A DNA stretch of 27,862 nucleotides from IMG/VR virus record IMGVR_UViG_2561511241_000007, positions 1 through 27,862 of that record; one strand, given 5' to 3'. The stretch's first letter is position 1; each line of letters starts with the position of its first letter. Under the pieces are notes generated by a model. The model did no database searches. It was not told where the DNA came from and worked only from the letters and a program-made list of their open reading frames with translations. Source of the stretch: a virus. Its lineage: Duplodnaviria; Heunggongvirae; Uroviricota; Caudoviricetes. This document shows, piece after piece, positions 18,713 to 27,862 of the stretch. Position numbers and translations under genes: made by a program.

Positions 18713-19789
18713 TTACCCCCTGAAGCCCGGTGGAATTTCGGTATCCGGTTCAGAAATATGATTCACACAACGCTGGTTGTTCGTGCCGCTTACCGGGAGC
18801 AGCCAGGGGTTTTCAAAATTCCGGTCCGGTCCAAAAAACGTCGTCGCTCGCTGAACAAATTCCGTTCCCGTTTTCCCGGTAGCCGCAAGGTATCTTGCGT
18901 AACGCCTCACGCCATCCAGCATGGCCTCTGGTGACACCCCCTCGCGTAATCTGGCCTTCCAAGCACTGAAAGCGGATTTCTTCGGGTTTGCCCCAGCACG
19001 CAACGGGTATTCCCGCCAGACCTGTTCGAACACATCCGGATAATCCACTCGTCCCACAGGCTGCCCGGTGTTTTCCGGGACTACCCAATCGGCTTCCCGC
19101 TGAATGGCGGAATCGGCTTCAGGCTGCTGCAGTTGGTGTGATTGCTCCGGCCTTGCGGTCATCACCTGCTGCACAGCGCCCGAATCGGCTTTCAGCGCAT
19201 ACGCTGAATCGGCTTCCGGTGTCGTGCCTGCTGGCTGACCAAGATTGACGGTCTGAACATCCCCTGCCTGGTTCGTGGCGTTTTTTACGCCATGGACCAT
19301 AGTGTTTTGATCTTCTTGATCTGTATCTTTATCTGTATCTTTATCTGTCGTGACTCGTCGTGACATGTGCGTGACATTTCGTGACGCGCCGTGACAATCG
19401 CCATTTTGTTCCCGCTTTCTTTCCCTCTCTCGCTGCGCCCTCTTGCGCTCTGCAGGAGATTTTGCGGTTTGCGAAATATTGCCGTTGTCCTCTTTAAGCA
19501 CCTGGCGTTTTTCCCATCCAGTGATTAAATCACCATCAAGTACCCGCCCCTGCATCGTCTGCAAAATTGAATCAATTACCTCTTCTGTCACGTCGAGCGC
19601 ACTTGCCAAATCTTCTGTCGTGACATCAATGTGACCTCGCGTGACATTTCGTGACGCGCTCACCAGGAGGTGGATATACACTGCCATCACTGTTGCAATT
19701 GGCTGCCCTGACACCCTGGCAATTGTTCGCCACTTAGGGTCATTTGGCATGTCATGCCATAATCTGAGCCAGGCGTTAGCCATACTCAC
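18713..19789 (-). CDS. replication initiator (O-like) with internal origin
   Basis: 358-aa ORF in the O position after cro and ydaT-like genes; contains two clusters of direct GTGAC repeats at 10-11 bp spacing. Confidence 0.6.
   Translation of the reverse strand: MSMANAWLRLWHDMPNDPKWRTIARVSGQPIATVMAVYIHLLVSASRNVTRGHIDVTTEDLASALDVTEEVIDSILQTMQGRVLDGDLITGWEKRQVLKEDNGNISQTAKSPAERKRAQRERERKREQNGDCHGASRNVTHMSRRVTTDKDTDKDTDQEDQNTMVHGVKNATNQAGDVQTVNLGQPAGTTPEADSAYALKADSGAVQQVMTARPEQSHQLQQPEADSAIQREADWVVPENTGQPVGRVDYPDVFEQVWREYPLRAGANPKKSAFSAWKARLREGVSPEAMLDGVRRYARYLAATGKTGTEFVQRATTFFGPDRNFENPWLLPVSGTNNQRCVNHISEPDTEIPPGFRG
19349..19396. repeat. iteron cluster A: five direct (C)GTGAC repeats at 10-11 bp spacing
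   Basis: GTGAC at 19350, 19360, 19371, 19381, 19391; preceded by a tandem 12-bp repeat (ATCTGTATCTTT, about 2.5 copies, 19318-19347). Confidence 0.65.
19618..19660. repeat. iteron cluster B: four direct GTGAC repeats plus one inverted copy
   Basis: GTGAC at 19619, 19630, 19640, 19650; inverted GTCAC near 19586; the 19-bp GTGACATTTCGTGACGCGC is shared exactly with cluster A. Confidence 0.65.
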
Positions 19790-19854
19790 CTCTTCTGATA
19801 CCGAATCTTTTTACTCACGAGTTGCCGGAAGCGATTCGATATGGCTATTGTCAG

Positions 19855-20280
19855 TCAATGTACTGCCACAGCATTTCCTGCCGGGCCACCACGGTTCATC
19901 TGATTGAAACCGGCGATTGCCACTGCGACAAAATCATCAGCGTCTCTCACCAATCGCTCCCGCGTCTCCACCAGCTCCCGAAAATAAGCTGAACTGTGGC
20001 TGCGCATTCTGGCCACCAGCAAAGGTGGCATTGCCTTTTCGATCGCTGGTAACAACGCCTGAATTTTTTCAACTGCATCAGGGGTGTCTTTCTCTACCCA
20101 GCGGAAAATTTTCTGGGTATTGCGAGCCAGGGCTTCCGGATGGCTGTCGTCATACAGTTCAGGAAACGTCATACCCAACTCAAAATAAGCCTGGGTTATT
20201 CCAGCTGCTGGAACTTTTTCGCCATCAGGACGCGCCCAGGCATTCATCGCCATGCGGATGTGTTCATGCTTGATTTTCAT
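19855..20280 (-). CDS. YdaT-like protein (CII functional analogue family)
   Basis: 141-aa ORF starting MKIKHEHI, as I recall for Rac YdaT; sits directly downstream of the cro-like gene. Confidence 0.6.
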   Translation of the reverse strand: MKIKHEHIRMAMNAWARPDGEKVPAAGITQAYFELGMTFPELYDDSHPEALARNTQKIFRWVEKDTPDAVEKIQALLPAIEKAMPPLLVARMRSHSSAYFRELVETRERLVRDADDFVAVAIAGFNQMNRGGPAGNAVAVH

Positions 20281-20507
20281 GAATCCCCCCCTTGGTTAGA
20301 AGGCGGATTATGATCAGAACCGGGAATGACAACCGTCGGTATGTGTAACTCATATTTGAGCGCCCCGGCAGTGACAGCCTGAATTAGCAACGCCCATTTC
20401 CACGGAACCTCTTCCCCCCACATGCTGACTGTGGTTTTTGACGTTCCTAGAGCTGCGGCTGTTTTAACAACTCCGCCAAAATAGCCTAATACTTCTGATT
20501 TTTTCAT
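20277..20507 (-). CDS. Cro-like HTH regulator (YdaS/DicC-like)
   Basis: 76 aa from ATG 20507 with a GGAG Shine-Dalgarno; HTH region VVKTAAALGTSKTTVSMW; divergent from the CI gene. Confidence 0.7.
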   Translation of the reverse strand: MKKSEVLGYFGGVVKTAAALGTSKTTVSMWGEEVPWKWALLIQAVTAGALKYELHIPTVVIPGSDHNPPSNQGGDS

Positions 20508-20598
20508 GAGTCGCTCCATAAAACTGAACGCCAAAAGTTTAATAATCAAAACCAAAGAAAGTCAAGAAACAAAACCATCTGTGTTTTAAAATCAAAAC

Positions 20599-21237
20599 AT
20601 GAGCAAGCAAACAATATCTGAACGCATAACCCAACGTATGCATGCGCTAAACCTGAAAGGCAAAGACCTTGTCAATGCCACTGGCGCATCAAAAGGCTCC
20701 GTAAGTCAATGGATGAACGGTGGAGGAGTGCCGTCCTCGCGTTACATAAGTTCACTGGCAAAGATATTGAAAGTAAACGAAAATTGGCTTCTTAATGGAG
20801 GAGAGTTAAATACAGGTGATTCGCTTGATCTATCTTTACCGCCGATAAAAACGGTTCCGCTACTATCACTTCAGCAGGCAGCAAGCTGGAGTGATTATAT
20901 GAAAAATTCCTCAATAACCTCTTGTGTGCAGCTTGTCGGAGAAATCCCGGCCAATACCTTTGCAGTTGTTCTAGAGAGTGACAGTATGTCAACATCTGGT
21001 GGGGGAGTTTCCATCCCAAATGGTTCAACAGTTTTTGTTGATCCCGATCGAACCGTACAACCAGGAAATATTGTCCTTGCCTTACCCAAAGGGACCACAA
21101 CACCTGTCATTCGTAAACTGGAGATAGAAGGGCCGGATATTCTTTTAGTCCCCACGAATCCTCGCTACCCTTCAATTATGCTGGATGATCTATCTTGCAT
21201 ATTGGGCGTATGCTTTAAAATTCAACAAGATATTTAA
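20599..21237 (+). CDS. CI-type repressor (HTH plus S24 LexA-like peptidase domain)
   Basis: 212-aa ORF with an N-terminal HTH and a C-terminal S24-like autocleavage region; no obvious Shine-Dalgarno, so possibly leaderless like lambda cI. Confidence 0.85.
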   Translation: MSKQTISERITQRMHALNLKGKDLVNATGASKGSVSQWMNGGGVPSSRYISSLAKILKVNENWLLNGGELNTGDSLDLSLPPIKTVPLLSLQQAASWSDYMKNSSITSCVQLVGEIPANTFAVVLESDSMSTSGGGVSIPNGSTVFVDPDRTVQPGNIVLALPKGTTTPVIRKLEIEGPDILLVPTNPRYPSIMLDDLSCILGVCFKIQQDI

Positions 21238-21529
21238 CCAACCTCATCTATTTGATTAACTGTATGCCATCGTGGTGATGGCTTAACAGCTGCCTGCTTA
21301 AAATGTTTTGATAAAAAAACATTGACCTGAAAAGTTCATTTTTCTAAACTTCATTCATTCCCTCACCCCACCCCACAGAATGCAGGGCAATACTTCGAGT
21401 TACCAGGCAGTGGTCAGGGGTTAAGTAGCCAGCCCGAGGCGTAAGAACATGACGGCAGGGTTCAACTTTAATAACTATGCAGCAGGTTTTTGTTCCGCTA
21501 CCCCGGCGTTAAGGGGAAATGAGGTCAAC

Positions 21530-21685
21530 ATGGATACTATCGTTCTTGGCAACAACGAATCTCTGGTGTACGGCGTGTTTCCCAACCTGGACGGCACATT
21601 CACCGCGATGACGTATACCAAAAGCAAAACGTTTAAAACCGAAAATGGTGCCCGTCGCTGGCTGGAAAGAAACTCAGGTGAGTGA
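21530..21685 (+). CDS. small protein, YdfA-like
   Basis: 51-aa ORF with a GAGG Shine-Dalgarno; first gene after the repressor, as ydfA in K-12 Qin. Confidence 0.5.
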   Translation: MDTIVLGNNESLVYGVFPNLDGTFTAMTYTKSKTFKTENGARRWLERNSGE

Positions 21686-21686
21686 T

Positions 21687-21815
21687 ATGGATTTCGACAC
21701 AATCATGAAAAAGGCTTACGAAGAATACTTCGAAGGCCTTGCCGAAGGCGAAGAAGCTCTCAGCTTCAGTGAGTTTAAACAGGCGCTTTCCAGCTCGGCA
21801 AAATCTAACGGCTGA
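21687..21815 (+). CDS. small protein, YdfB-like
   Basis: 42-aa ORF starting 1 nt after the previous stop. Confidence 0.45.
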   Translation: MDFDTIMKKAYEEYFEGLAEGEEALSFSEFKQALSSSAKSNG

Positions 21816-21844
21816 TAAGCGAAGCAGCACCGCGAGGAATCAGT

Positions 21845-22063
21845 ATGCAGAAACGAGAACCCGTCATCATCGCGCCAGACTATACCGATGATGAACTTTA
21901 TGAGTGGATGCGCCAGAAAATTAATGCAGCGCAGGATCTGAAATGGGCCAATGAAGCCAGGGCTAAGCAGGCTGAAAATCTGTCCGCTCTGGAGCAGGAT
22001 ATCACCAGGCTGGAAAAAGCAGCGGCATTAAGCATTGCCAGAATGATTACATACCCGCGTTAA
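21845..22063 (+). CDS. small protein, YdfC-like
   Basis: 72-aa ORF in the position of ydfC, upstream of DicF. Confidence 0.55.
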   Translation: MQKREPVIIAPDYTDDELYEWMRQKINAAQDLKWANEARAKQAENLSALEQDITRLEKAAALSIARMITYPR

Positions 22064-22403
22064 TAGCTAACCAACGAAGCTAAGGTTGGTAATTAAGGAG
22101 TTCTCCACGGGTGAGGGGGAGTGCGTGCGCCGGACACGGGTGAGCATCCGGCACTGACAGTTTACTGAAAGGATATTTCCCTGAAAAGTCAGACCATAAC
22201 GCGAAAGCGCACGGCGAGGTAGCTGGTTCATAGATAGCCTGTCGTTAAATTATCGTCGACCGTGCGCTTCCGGTTGTGGCACTCCGCGAAATGGCGCGGC
22301 GGTAAGTATGGCGGGGTTATTCCTTCCCCGTTGAGGACACCGGGTTGTCAGGTTGACCATACGCTTAAGTGACAACCCCGCTGCAACGCCCTCTGTTATC
22401 AAT

Positions 22404-22460
22404 TTTCTGGTGACGTTTGGCGGTATCAGTTTTACTCCGTGACTGCTCTGCCGCCATTTT
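22404..22460 (+). ncRNA. dicF: DicF small RNA (ftsZ-targeting antisense sRNA)
   Basis: Sequence matches the 53-nt K-12 DicF as recalled except the last base, followed by a T-tract; lies between ydfC-like and dicB. Confidence 0.7.
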
Positions 22461-22630
22461 TAAAGTGAATTTTGTGATGCGGTGAATGCGGCTAAGCGCA
22501 CGCGGAACAGTTAAAACCAAAAACAGTGTTATGGGTGGATTCTCTGTATCCGGCGTTAATTGTTAACTGGTTAACGTCACCTGGAGGCACCAGGCACTGC
22601 ATCACAAAGTTCATTGTTGAGGACGCGATA

Positions 22631-22819
22631 ATGAAAACGTTATTACCAAACGTTAATACGTCTGAAGGTTGTTTTGAAATTGGTGTCACTATCAGTAACC
22701 CAGTATTTACTGAAGATGCCATTAACAAGAGAAAACAAGAACGGGAGCTATTAAATAAAGTATGCATTGTTTCAATGCTGGCCCGTTTACGTCTGCAGCC
22801 AAAAGGATATGCACAATGA
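22631..22819 (+). CDS. dicB: cell division inhibitor DicB
   Basis: 62-aa product matches DicB as recalled; the frame is open upstream to 22526. Confidence 0.9.
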   Translation: MKTLLPNVNTSEGCFEIGVTISNPVFTEDAINKRKQERELLNKVCIVSMLARLRLQPKGYAQ

Positions 22820-23007
22820 ATCCAGTATTTGCACTTATTCTGACGGTTTTTCTTGTTTCCGGAGAACCAGTTGATATTGCAGTCAGTGTTCACAGAACAA
22901 TGCAGGAATGTATGGCAGCAGCAACCGAACAGAAAATTCCAGGCAACTGTTATCCGGTCGATAAAGTTATTTACCAGAATAATAACGAAATCCCGGCAGG
23001 ATTTTAA
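22816..23007 (+). CDS. ydfD: YdfD-like small membrane-anchored protein (Qin lysis protein family)
   Basis: 63-aa ORF with an N-terminal TM segment; ATGA overlap with the dicB stop; position as ydfD in Qin. Confidence 0.75.
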   Translation: MNPVFALILTVFLVSGEPVDIAVSVHRTMQECMAAATEQKIPGNCYPVDKVIYQNNNEIPAGF

Positions 23008-23100
23008 AACAGCACCGTAATAAATATCCAGTTTCATTCTTATATGTCAGCAATGGCAGAGATTTGTTCACCCTTAAATCTGTGATGAGGTTTACCAATA

Positions 23101-25542
23101 ATGAGCACTGATAAAGAAGAATTTGCACTATATTGCGAAGCAAAAAATGACAAAGTAAGAAAACGCCTAGGAATTAAAGGTGGTTTTTACTGGACTACAG
23201 CAAAAAAATTATCTGTTGCAATCTCCCGCTGCATTACCGCAATGGATGACAACGATTATGATGAAGACGACTTTAAAAAACCCGTCCGCGTCAATTTGCC
23301 CGTTGTTGACGACCTTCCGCCAGAAGGCGTGTTTGATACTGAATTCTGCAACCGCTATGAAAAAGGCGGGAAAGATGGCATCACAATGACATTTATCGGC
23401 CCTTCCCCCTCTGTTCAGGACAAACCAGCCAGCACTGACAATACCAACATCAACGGCGAAGACATGACTGAGATTGAGGAGAGCATGCTTCTGCCTGTCT
23501 CCGGTCAGGAACTGCCCATTCGTTGGCTTGCTCAACACGGCAGCGAAAAACCAGTAACGCACGTTTCACGCGACGAACTCCAGGCATTACACATTGCACG
23601 GGCTGAAGAACTACCGGCTGTTACTGCCCTGGCTATTTCGCATAAAACCAGTCTGCTCGACTCGCTGGAGATTCGCGACCTCCACAAACTGGTTCGTGAC
23701 ACTGACAAAGTTTTCCCTAATCCTGGTAATTCAGACCTGGGACTAATAACTGCTTTTTTCGAAGCATACCTGGACGCTGACTACACTGATCGGGGTCTGC
23801 TGACAAAAGAGTGGATGAAAGGAAATCGTGTTTCACGCATCACCCGCACGGCTTCCGGTGCTAATGCTGGCGGTGGGAACAAAACCGATCGCAATCCGAA
23901 TTTAGTACACACCCTCGACACACTGGATGTGGAGATTGCAGCAGCCACACTTCCGATGGATTTTAATATTTATGAAATTCCGGGCAGCGTTTATCGTCGC
24001 GCAAAAGAAGTAGTCCTGAACAAAGAAAGTCCGTTCAAAGAATGGTCCGCAGCACTTCGTGCAACCCCGGGTATTCTGGACTATTCCCGCGCCGCTATTT
24101 TTGCACTTATCCGAAGCGCACACCCTGAATTTTATCACTACCCGGGACGCCTTCAGGGGTATATCAACGCCTATTTGACGGAAACTGATCACGAGAACCC
24201 CAGCAAGGAAACTCTCACAGCTGCCCGGCATACGCCGGAAAAAGATATCCTGGAAGAAATTAACCGCGAGGTGGTTACTGAGCGTGAAACAGAAGAAGAA
24301 AAACCACAACCATCTGACGCAATGGCAGGTGAACAGGCAACAACTGAAACAATGGAACCGGATACAACTGAACATGGCCAGAACGCGCAGTCGCTGGATG
24401 CTCAGTCGCAGGTGAGTTCCGCTAACCAAGTAAAAGTCACCGCTGACGAAGTAAACAAAATTATGCAGGCAGCCAATATCAGCCAGCCTGACGCCGATAA
24501 GTTACTTGCTGTATCGCGTGGTGAATTTGTTGAGGGGATTAGCGACCCTAATGATCCGAAATGGGTCAAGGGGATCCAGACTCGCGATTCTGTGAACCAG
24601 AATCAGCATGAATCGGAACGGAACGACCAAAAAGCGGAACAAAACAGCCCAAATGCGTTACAAAACGAGCCAGAAACGAAACAATCCGAACCAGTAGCGC
24701 AACAGGAACCGGAAAAAGTCTGCACCGCCTGCGGTCAGAGCGGTGGCGGCAACTGCCCTGATTGTGGCGCGGTGATGGGCGACGCAACATACCAGGAAAC
24801 ATTCGATGAAGAGAATCAGGTTGAAGTTCAGGAAAATGATCCGGAGGAAATGGAAGGCGCTGAACATCCACACAAGGAGAACCCTGGCGGCAATCAGCAT
24901 CACGCCAGCGATAATAAAACTGGCGAGGCGACAGATCCCTTAATTAAGGTGAATGGTCATCATAAGCTCACATCCACCAGCAGAGCGGGGATTCATCTGA
25001 TGATCGACCTTGAAACCATGGGAAAAAATCCCGATGCCCCGATTATCTCAATAGGCGCAATATTTTTCGATCCACAAACCGGAGATATGGGACCGGAATT
25101 TAGCAAGACCATCGATCTGGATACTGCTGGCGGAGTCATTGATCGTGACGTCATTAAATGGTGGCTAAAGCAATCACGTGAAGCGCAGTCTGCCATTATG
25201 ACCGATGAAATCCCGTTAGATGATGCACTACTGCAATTGCGGGAATTTATCGACGAAAACTCCGGTGAATTTTTTGTTCAGGTCTGGGGTAATGGGGCCA
25301 ACTTCGACAACGTGATTTTACGCCGTTCATACGAACGACAGGGTATCCCCTGCCCGTGGCGCTACTGCAACGATCGCGATGTACGCACAATCGTTGAGCT
25401 GGGGAAAGCCATAGACTTCGATGCCAGAACTGCTATCCCATTCGAAGGTGAGCGCCATAATGCACTTGATGACGCTCGTTACCAGGCAAAATACGTTTCA
25501 GCTATCTGGCAAAAACTGATCCCGAGTCAGGCTGATTTTTAA
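23101..25542 (+). CDS. large multidomain protein with a C-terminal DnaQ-like DEDDh 3'-5' exonuclease domain
   Basis: 813-aa ORF; C-terminal ~190 aa carries the exonuclease motifs (MIDLETMG, GNGANFDN, H-x4-DDAR); central acidic low-complexity linker and a CxxC...CxxC zinc-ribbon-like motif. Confidence 0.7.
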   Translation: MSTDKEEFALYCEAKNDKVRKRLGIKGGFYWTTAKKLSVAISRCITAMDDNDYDEDDFKKPVRVNLPVVDDLPPEGVFDTEFCNRYEKGGKDGITMTFIGPSPSVQDKPASTDNTNINGEDMTEIEESMLLPVSGQELPIRWLAQHGSEKPVTHVSRDELQALHIARAEELPAVTALAISHKTSLLDSLEIRDLHKLVRDTDKVFPNPGNSDLGLITAFFEAYLDADYTDRGLLTKEWMKGNRVSRITRTASGANAGGGNKTDRNPNLVHTLDTLDVEIAAATLPMDFNIYEIPGSVYRRAKEVVLNKESPFKEWSAALRATPGILDYSRAAIFALIRSAHPEFYHYPGRLQGYINAYLTETDHENPSKETLTAARHTPEKDILEEINREVVTERETEEEKPQPSDAMAGEQATTETMEPDTTEHGQNAQSLDAQSQVSSANQVKVTADEVNKIMQAANISQPDADKLLAVSRGEFVEGISDPNDPKWVKGIQTRDSVNQNQHESERNDQKAEQNSPNALQNEPETKQSEPVAQQEPEKVCTACGQSGGGNCPDCGAVMGDATYQETFDEENQVEVQENDPEEMEGAEHPHKENPGGNQHHASDNKTGEATDPLIKVNGHHKLTSTSRAGIHLMIDLETMGKNPDAPIISIGAIFFDPQTGDMGPEFSKTIDLDTAGGVIDRDVIKWWLKQSREAQSAIMTDEIPLDDALLQLREFIDENSGEFFVQVWGNGANFDNVILRRSYERQGIPCPWRYCNDRDVRTIVELGKAIDFDARTAIPFEGERHNALDDARYQAKYVSAIWQKLIPSQADF

Positions 25543-25600
25543 TGTTCAACCCTAATTGCCGCTAACCGTATATAGTTAGCGGCGGTTATGAGATATAGCT

Positions 25601-25804
25601 ATGAGCAGCTTATTTTTAACCGAAGATGAATTGCTAATATTAACGGGCTGCAAATATGCAAGCCACCAGCGAAAATGGTTAATGGAAAACGGGCTTCCGT
25701 TCTATACCAATCGTAGTGGCAAACCGATTGTCAGCCGGGATCTATTTACCTGCAATAAAACTTTACCACCACGCGAGGTAGAGCCGAATTTTGGTGCGAT
25801 CTGA
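25601..25804 (+). CDS. putative excisionase
   Basis: 67-aa ORF immediately upstream of and overlapping the integrase start (ATGA-type overlap). Confidence 0.5.
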   Translation: MSSLFLTEDELLILTGCKYASHQRKWLMENGLPFYTNRSGKPIVSRDLFTCNKTLPPREVEPNFGAI

Positions 25805-26829
25805 TGGGAAGACGAAGGAAAAATCCTGAACACGAAAAATTACCTCCAAATGTATACCCAAATAAATATAGTTATGTATGGAAACCAACATCCAGAGAAT
25901 CTGTCACACTAACCGCCATCAAGGATGGTTTAGCTGCTTTATGGAAAAAGTATGAGGAAACTGTAAATAATCGCGATCGTGCAATGACATTCGGTCGCTT
26001 GTGGGAAAAATTCCTCGCCAGCGCCTATTACAGTGACCTCAGTCCAAGAACACAAAAAGATTATCTGCAACATCAAAAAAAGTTGCTTGCCGTATTCGGT
26101 AAGGTGCCGGCAGATTCCATAAAACCAGAACACATCCGTCGATACATGGACAAGAGAGGGGAACAGAGTAAAACGCAAGCCAACCATGAAAAAAGCAGTA
26201 TGTCCCGCGTTTACAGTTGGGGGTATGAGCGAGGGTACGTGAAGGCTAACCCATGTGCAGGTGTAAGTAAATTCAAGGCCAAAAACCGCGAACGATATGT
26301 AACCGACAAAGAATACCAGGCAGTATTAAGCGTTGCACCTCTTCCTGTTTTTATCGCAATGGAAATTGCCTATCTGTGTGCAGCGAGGGTTTCCGATGTG
26401 TTATCGCTGAAATGGGAGCAGATAGGAAACGACGGGATCTTTATCCAGCAAGGGAAAACAGGGAAAAAACAGATAAAAGCATGGAGTCCACGATTACAGG
26501 CGGCGATCGAAAAAGCAAAACAGTTACCAACATCCGCCTATGTAATCAGCAATCAATACGGCAACCGATATGTGTACAAAGGCTTTAACGAAATGTGGGT
26601 AGAAGCAAGAAATCGCGCAGGCAAAATTTCAGGTATTTTAACCGACTTCACCTTTCATGATCTGAAGGCGAAAGGAATTTCAGACTATGAAGGAAGCAGT
26701 CGGGATAAGCAACTTTTCTCTGGTCACAAAACCGAGGGGCAAGTGCTAATCTATGACAGGAAGGTTAAAGTTTCACCGACACTTGATGTCCCGTTACCTG
26801 AAAATATTCCAAGAAAATATTCCAAGTAA
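25804..26829 (+). CDS. int: tyrosine-type site-specific integrase
   Basis: 341-aa ORF with lambda-integrase-like organisation; ends 53 bp from the 3' end of tRNA-Ser. Confidence 0.9.
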   Translation: MGRRRKNPEHEKLPPNVYPNKYSYVWKPTSRESVTLTAIKDGLAALWKKYEETVNNRDRAMTFGRLWEKFLASAYYSDLSPRTQKDYLQHQKKLLAVFGKVPADSIKPEHIRRYMDKRGEQSKTQANHEKSSMSRVYSWGYERGYVKANPCAGVSKFKAKNRERYVTDKEYQAVLSVAPLPVFIAMEIAYLCAARVSDVLSLKWEQIGNDGIFIQQGKTGKKQIKAWSPRLQAAIEKAKQLPTSAYVISNQYGNRYVYKGFNEMWVEARNRAGKISGILTDFTFHDLKAKGISDYEGSSRDKQLFSGHKTEGQVLIYDRKVKVSPTLDVPLPENIPRKYSK

Positions 26830-26881
26830 TTCCAAGTGTGATTTTTGTCACTGACTTAATGATGTGTAAGTGATTGAATTT

Positions 26882-26971
26882 TGGCGGAGAGAGGGGGATT
26901 TGAACCCCCGGTGGAGTTGCCCCCACTCCGGTTTTCGAGACCGGTCCGTTCAGCCGCTCCGGCATCTCTCC
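26882..26971 (-). tRNA. serU: tRNA-Ser (anticodon CGA), serU-like
   Basis: 90-nt minus-strand sequence with a long variable arm and anticodon loop UCUCGAAAA, ending CCA; matches serU as recalled. Confidence 0.9.
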
Positions 26972-27064
26972 GTTCAGATGGTTGCCATGATGCCAGGAAA
27001 TTTGGCATTTTAACAGTCCCTGTCCGTGCAATTTTGTTCAAGTGACGAGTTTGCGAGCAAAACG

Positions 27065-27862
27065 ATGATTAAGTGGCCCTGGAAAGTACAAGAATCAGCA
27101 CATCAAACTGCCCTTCCCTGGCAGGAAGCACTATCGATCCCCCTTTTAACGTGTCTGACGGAACAGGAACAAAGCAAATTAGTCACTCTTGCCGAACGTT
27201 TTTTACAGCAAAAGCGGCTTGTTCCTTTACAGGGCTTTGAACTGGATTCATTAAGAACCTGCCGGATAGCACTTCTATTTTGCCTACCCGTTCTGGAATT
27301 AGGACTGGAATGGCTGGATGGTTTTCATGAAGTCTTAATTTATCCTGCGCCATTTGTGGTCGATGATGAATGGGAAGACGATATCGGTCTGGTGCATAAC
27401 CAACGTATTGTTCAGTCAGGTCAGAGCTGGCAGCAAGGGCCTATCGTTTTGAACTGGTTGGATATACAAGATTCTTTTGATGCTTCTGGTTTTAACCTGA
27501 TTATTCATGAAGTCGCTCATAAGCTGGACACCCGTAACGGCGATCGCGCCAGCGGAGTTCCCTTTATTCCGTTGCGTGAGGTTGCTGGCTGGGAACACGA
27601 TCTTCATGCTGCAATGAACAACATTCAGGAAGAAATCGAATTGGTTGGCGAGAATGCGGCGAGCATTGATGCTTATGCTGCCAGTGATCCTGCTGAATGT
27701 TTTGCCGTACTTTCTGAATATTTCTTTAGCGCCCCAGAACTTTTTGCTCCTCGTTTCCCTTCATTGTGGCAACGTTTCTGCCAATTTTATCAACAAGATC
27801 CTTTGCAGAGACTGCATCACGCTAATGATACAGACTCGTTTTCGGCGACGAATGTTCATTAA
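27065..27862 (+). CDS. mtfA: Mlc titration factor MtfA (chromosomal flank)
   Basis: 265-aa product from [14 protein letters not shown] matches E. coli MtfA/YeeI as recalled, including the HEVAH zinc-peptidase motif; the frame is open upstream to 27026. Confidence 0.9.
   Translation: MIKWPWKVQESAHQTALPWQEALSIPLLTCLTEQEQSKLVTLAERFLQQKRLVPLQGFELDSLRTCRIALLFCLPVLELGLEWLDGFHEVLIYPAPFVVDDEWEDDIGLVHNQRIVQSGQSWQQGPIVLNWLDIQDSFDASGFNLIIHEVAHKLDTRNGDRASGVPFIPLREVAGWEHDLHAAMNNIQEEIELVGENAASIDAYAASDPAECFAVLSEYFFSAPELFAPRFPSLWQRFCQFYQQDPLQRLHHANDTDSFSATNVH

Noticed and set aside
22064-22403. Possible additional ncRNA between ydfC-like and DicF
   Set aside because: It contains hairpins, but in K-12 this interval is known to be the processed DicF precursor region, so it is not a separate element.

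Overview
Almost the whole window is one lambdoid prophage of the Qin/Rac type, integrated at the 3' end of tRNA-Ser (serU-like, 26882-26971, minus strand) next to chromosomal mtfA (27065-27862). Reading right to left on the minus strand the order is canonical: integrase and excisionase (plus strand), a leftward operon with a large DEDDh-exonuclease protein, YdfD, DicB, the DicF sRNA and YdfC/B/A, a CI-type repressor, then divergent cro-like and ydaT-like genes, an O-like initiator with internal iterons, hokD, rem-like, a DUF968 protein, RusA and antiterminator Q. Downstream of Q lie a late promoter and terminator, an AppY-like AraC regulator, a tightly packed tRNA array, a TerB-domain cassette, the lysis genes, and an HNH/TerS/TerL/portal/protease/capsid/connector morphogenesis block. 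The tail tube, tape measure and tip genes are missing: the connector genes run straight into a lambda-like Stf C-terminus and Tfa, so the element looks tail-less. The most interesting candidate for something undescribed is an AT-rich cargo gene (17294-18103, plus strand) encoding a 269-aa HNH/zinc-finger protein, sitting where K-12 Qin carries relBE next to hokD. Secondary candidates are the TerB plus small-membrane-protein cassette and a terminator-dense, apparently non-coding stretch (11310-12400) with possible small RNAs and aberrant tRNA-like elements. All calls come from reading the sequence and ORF translations and from recalled family signatures; no database search was run.
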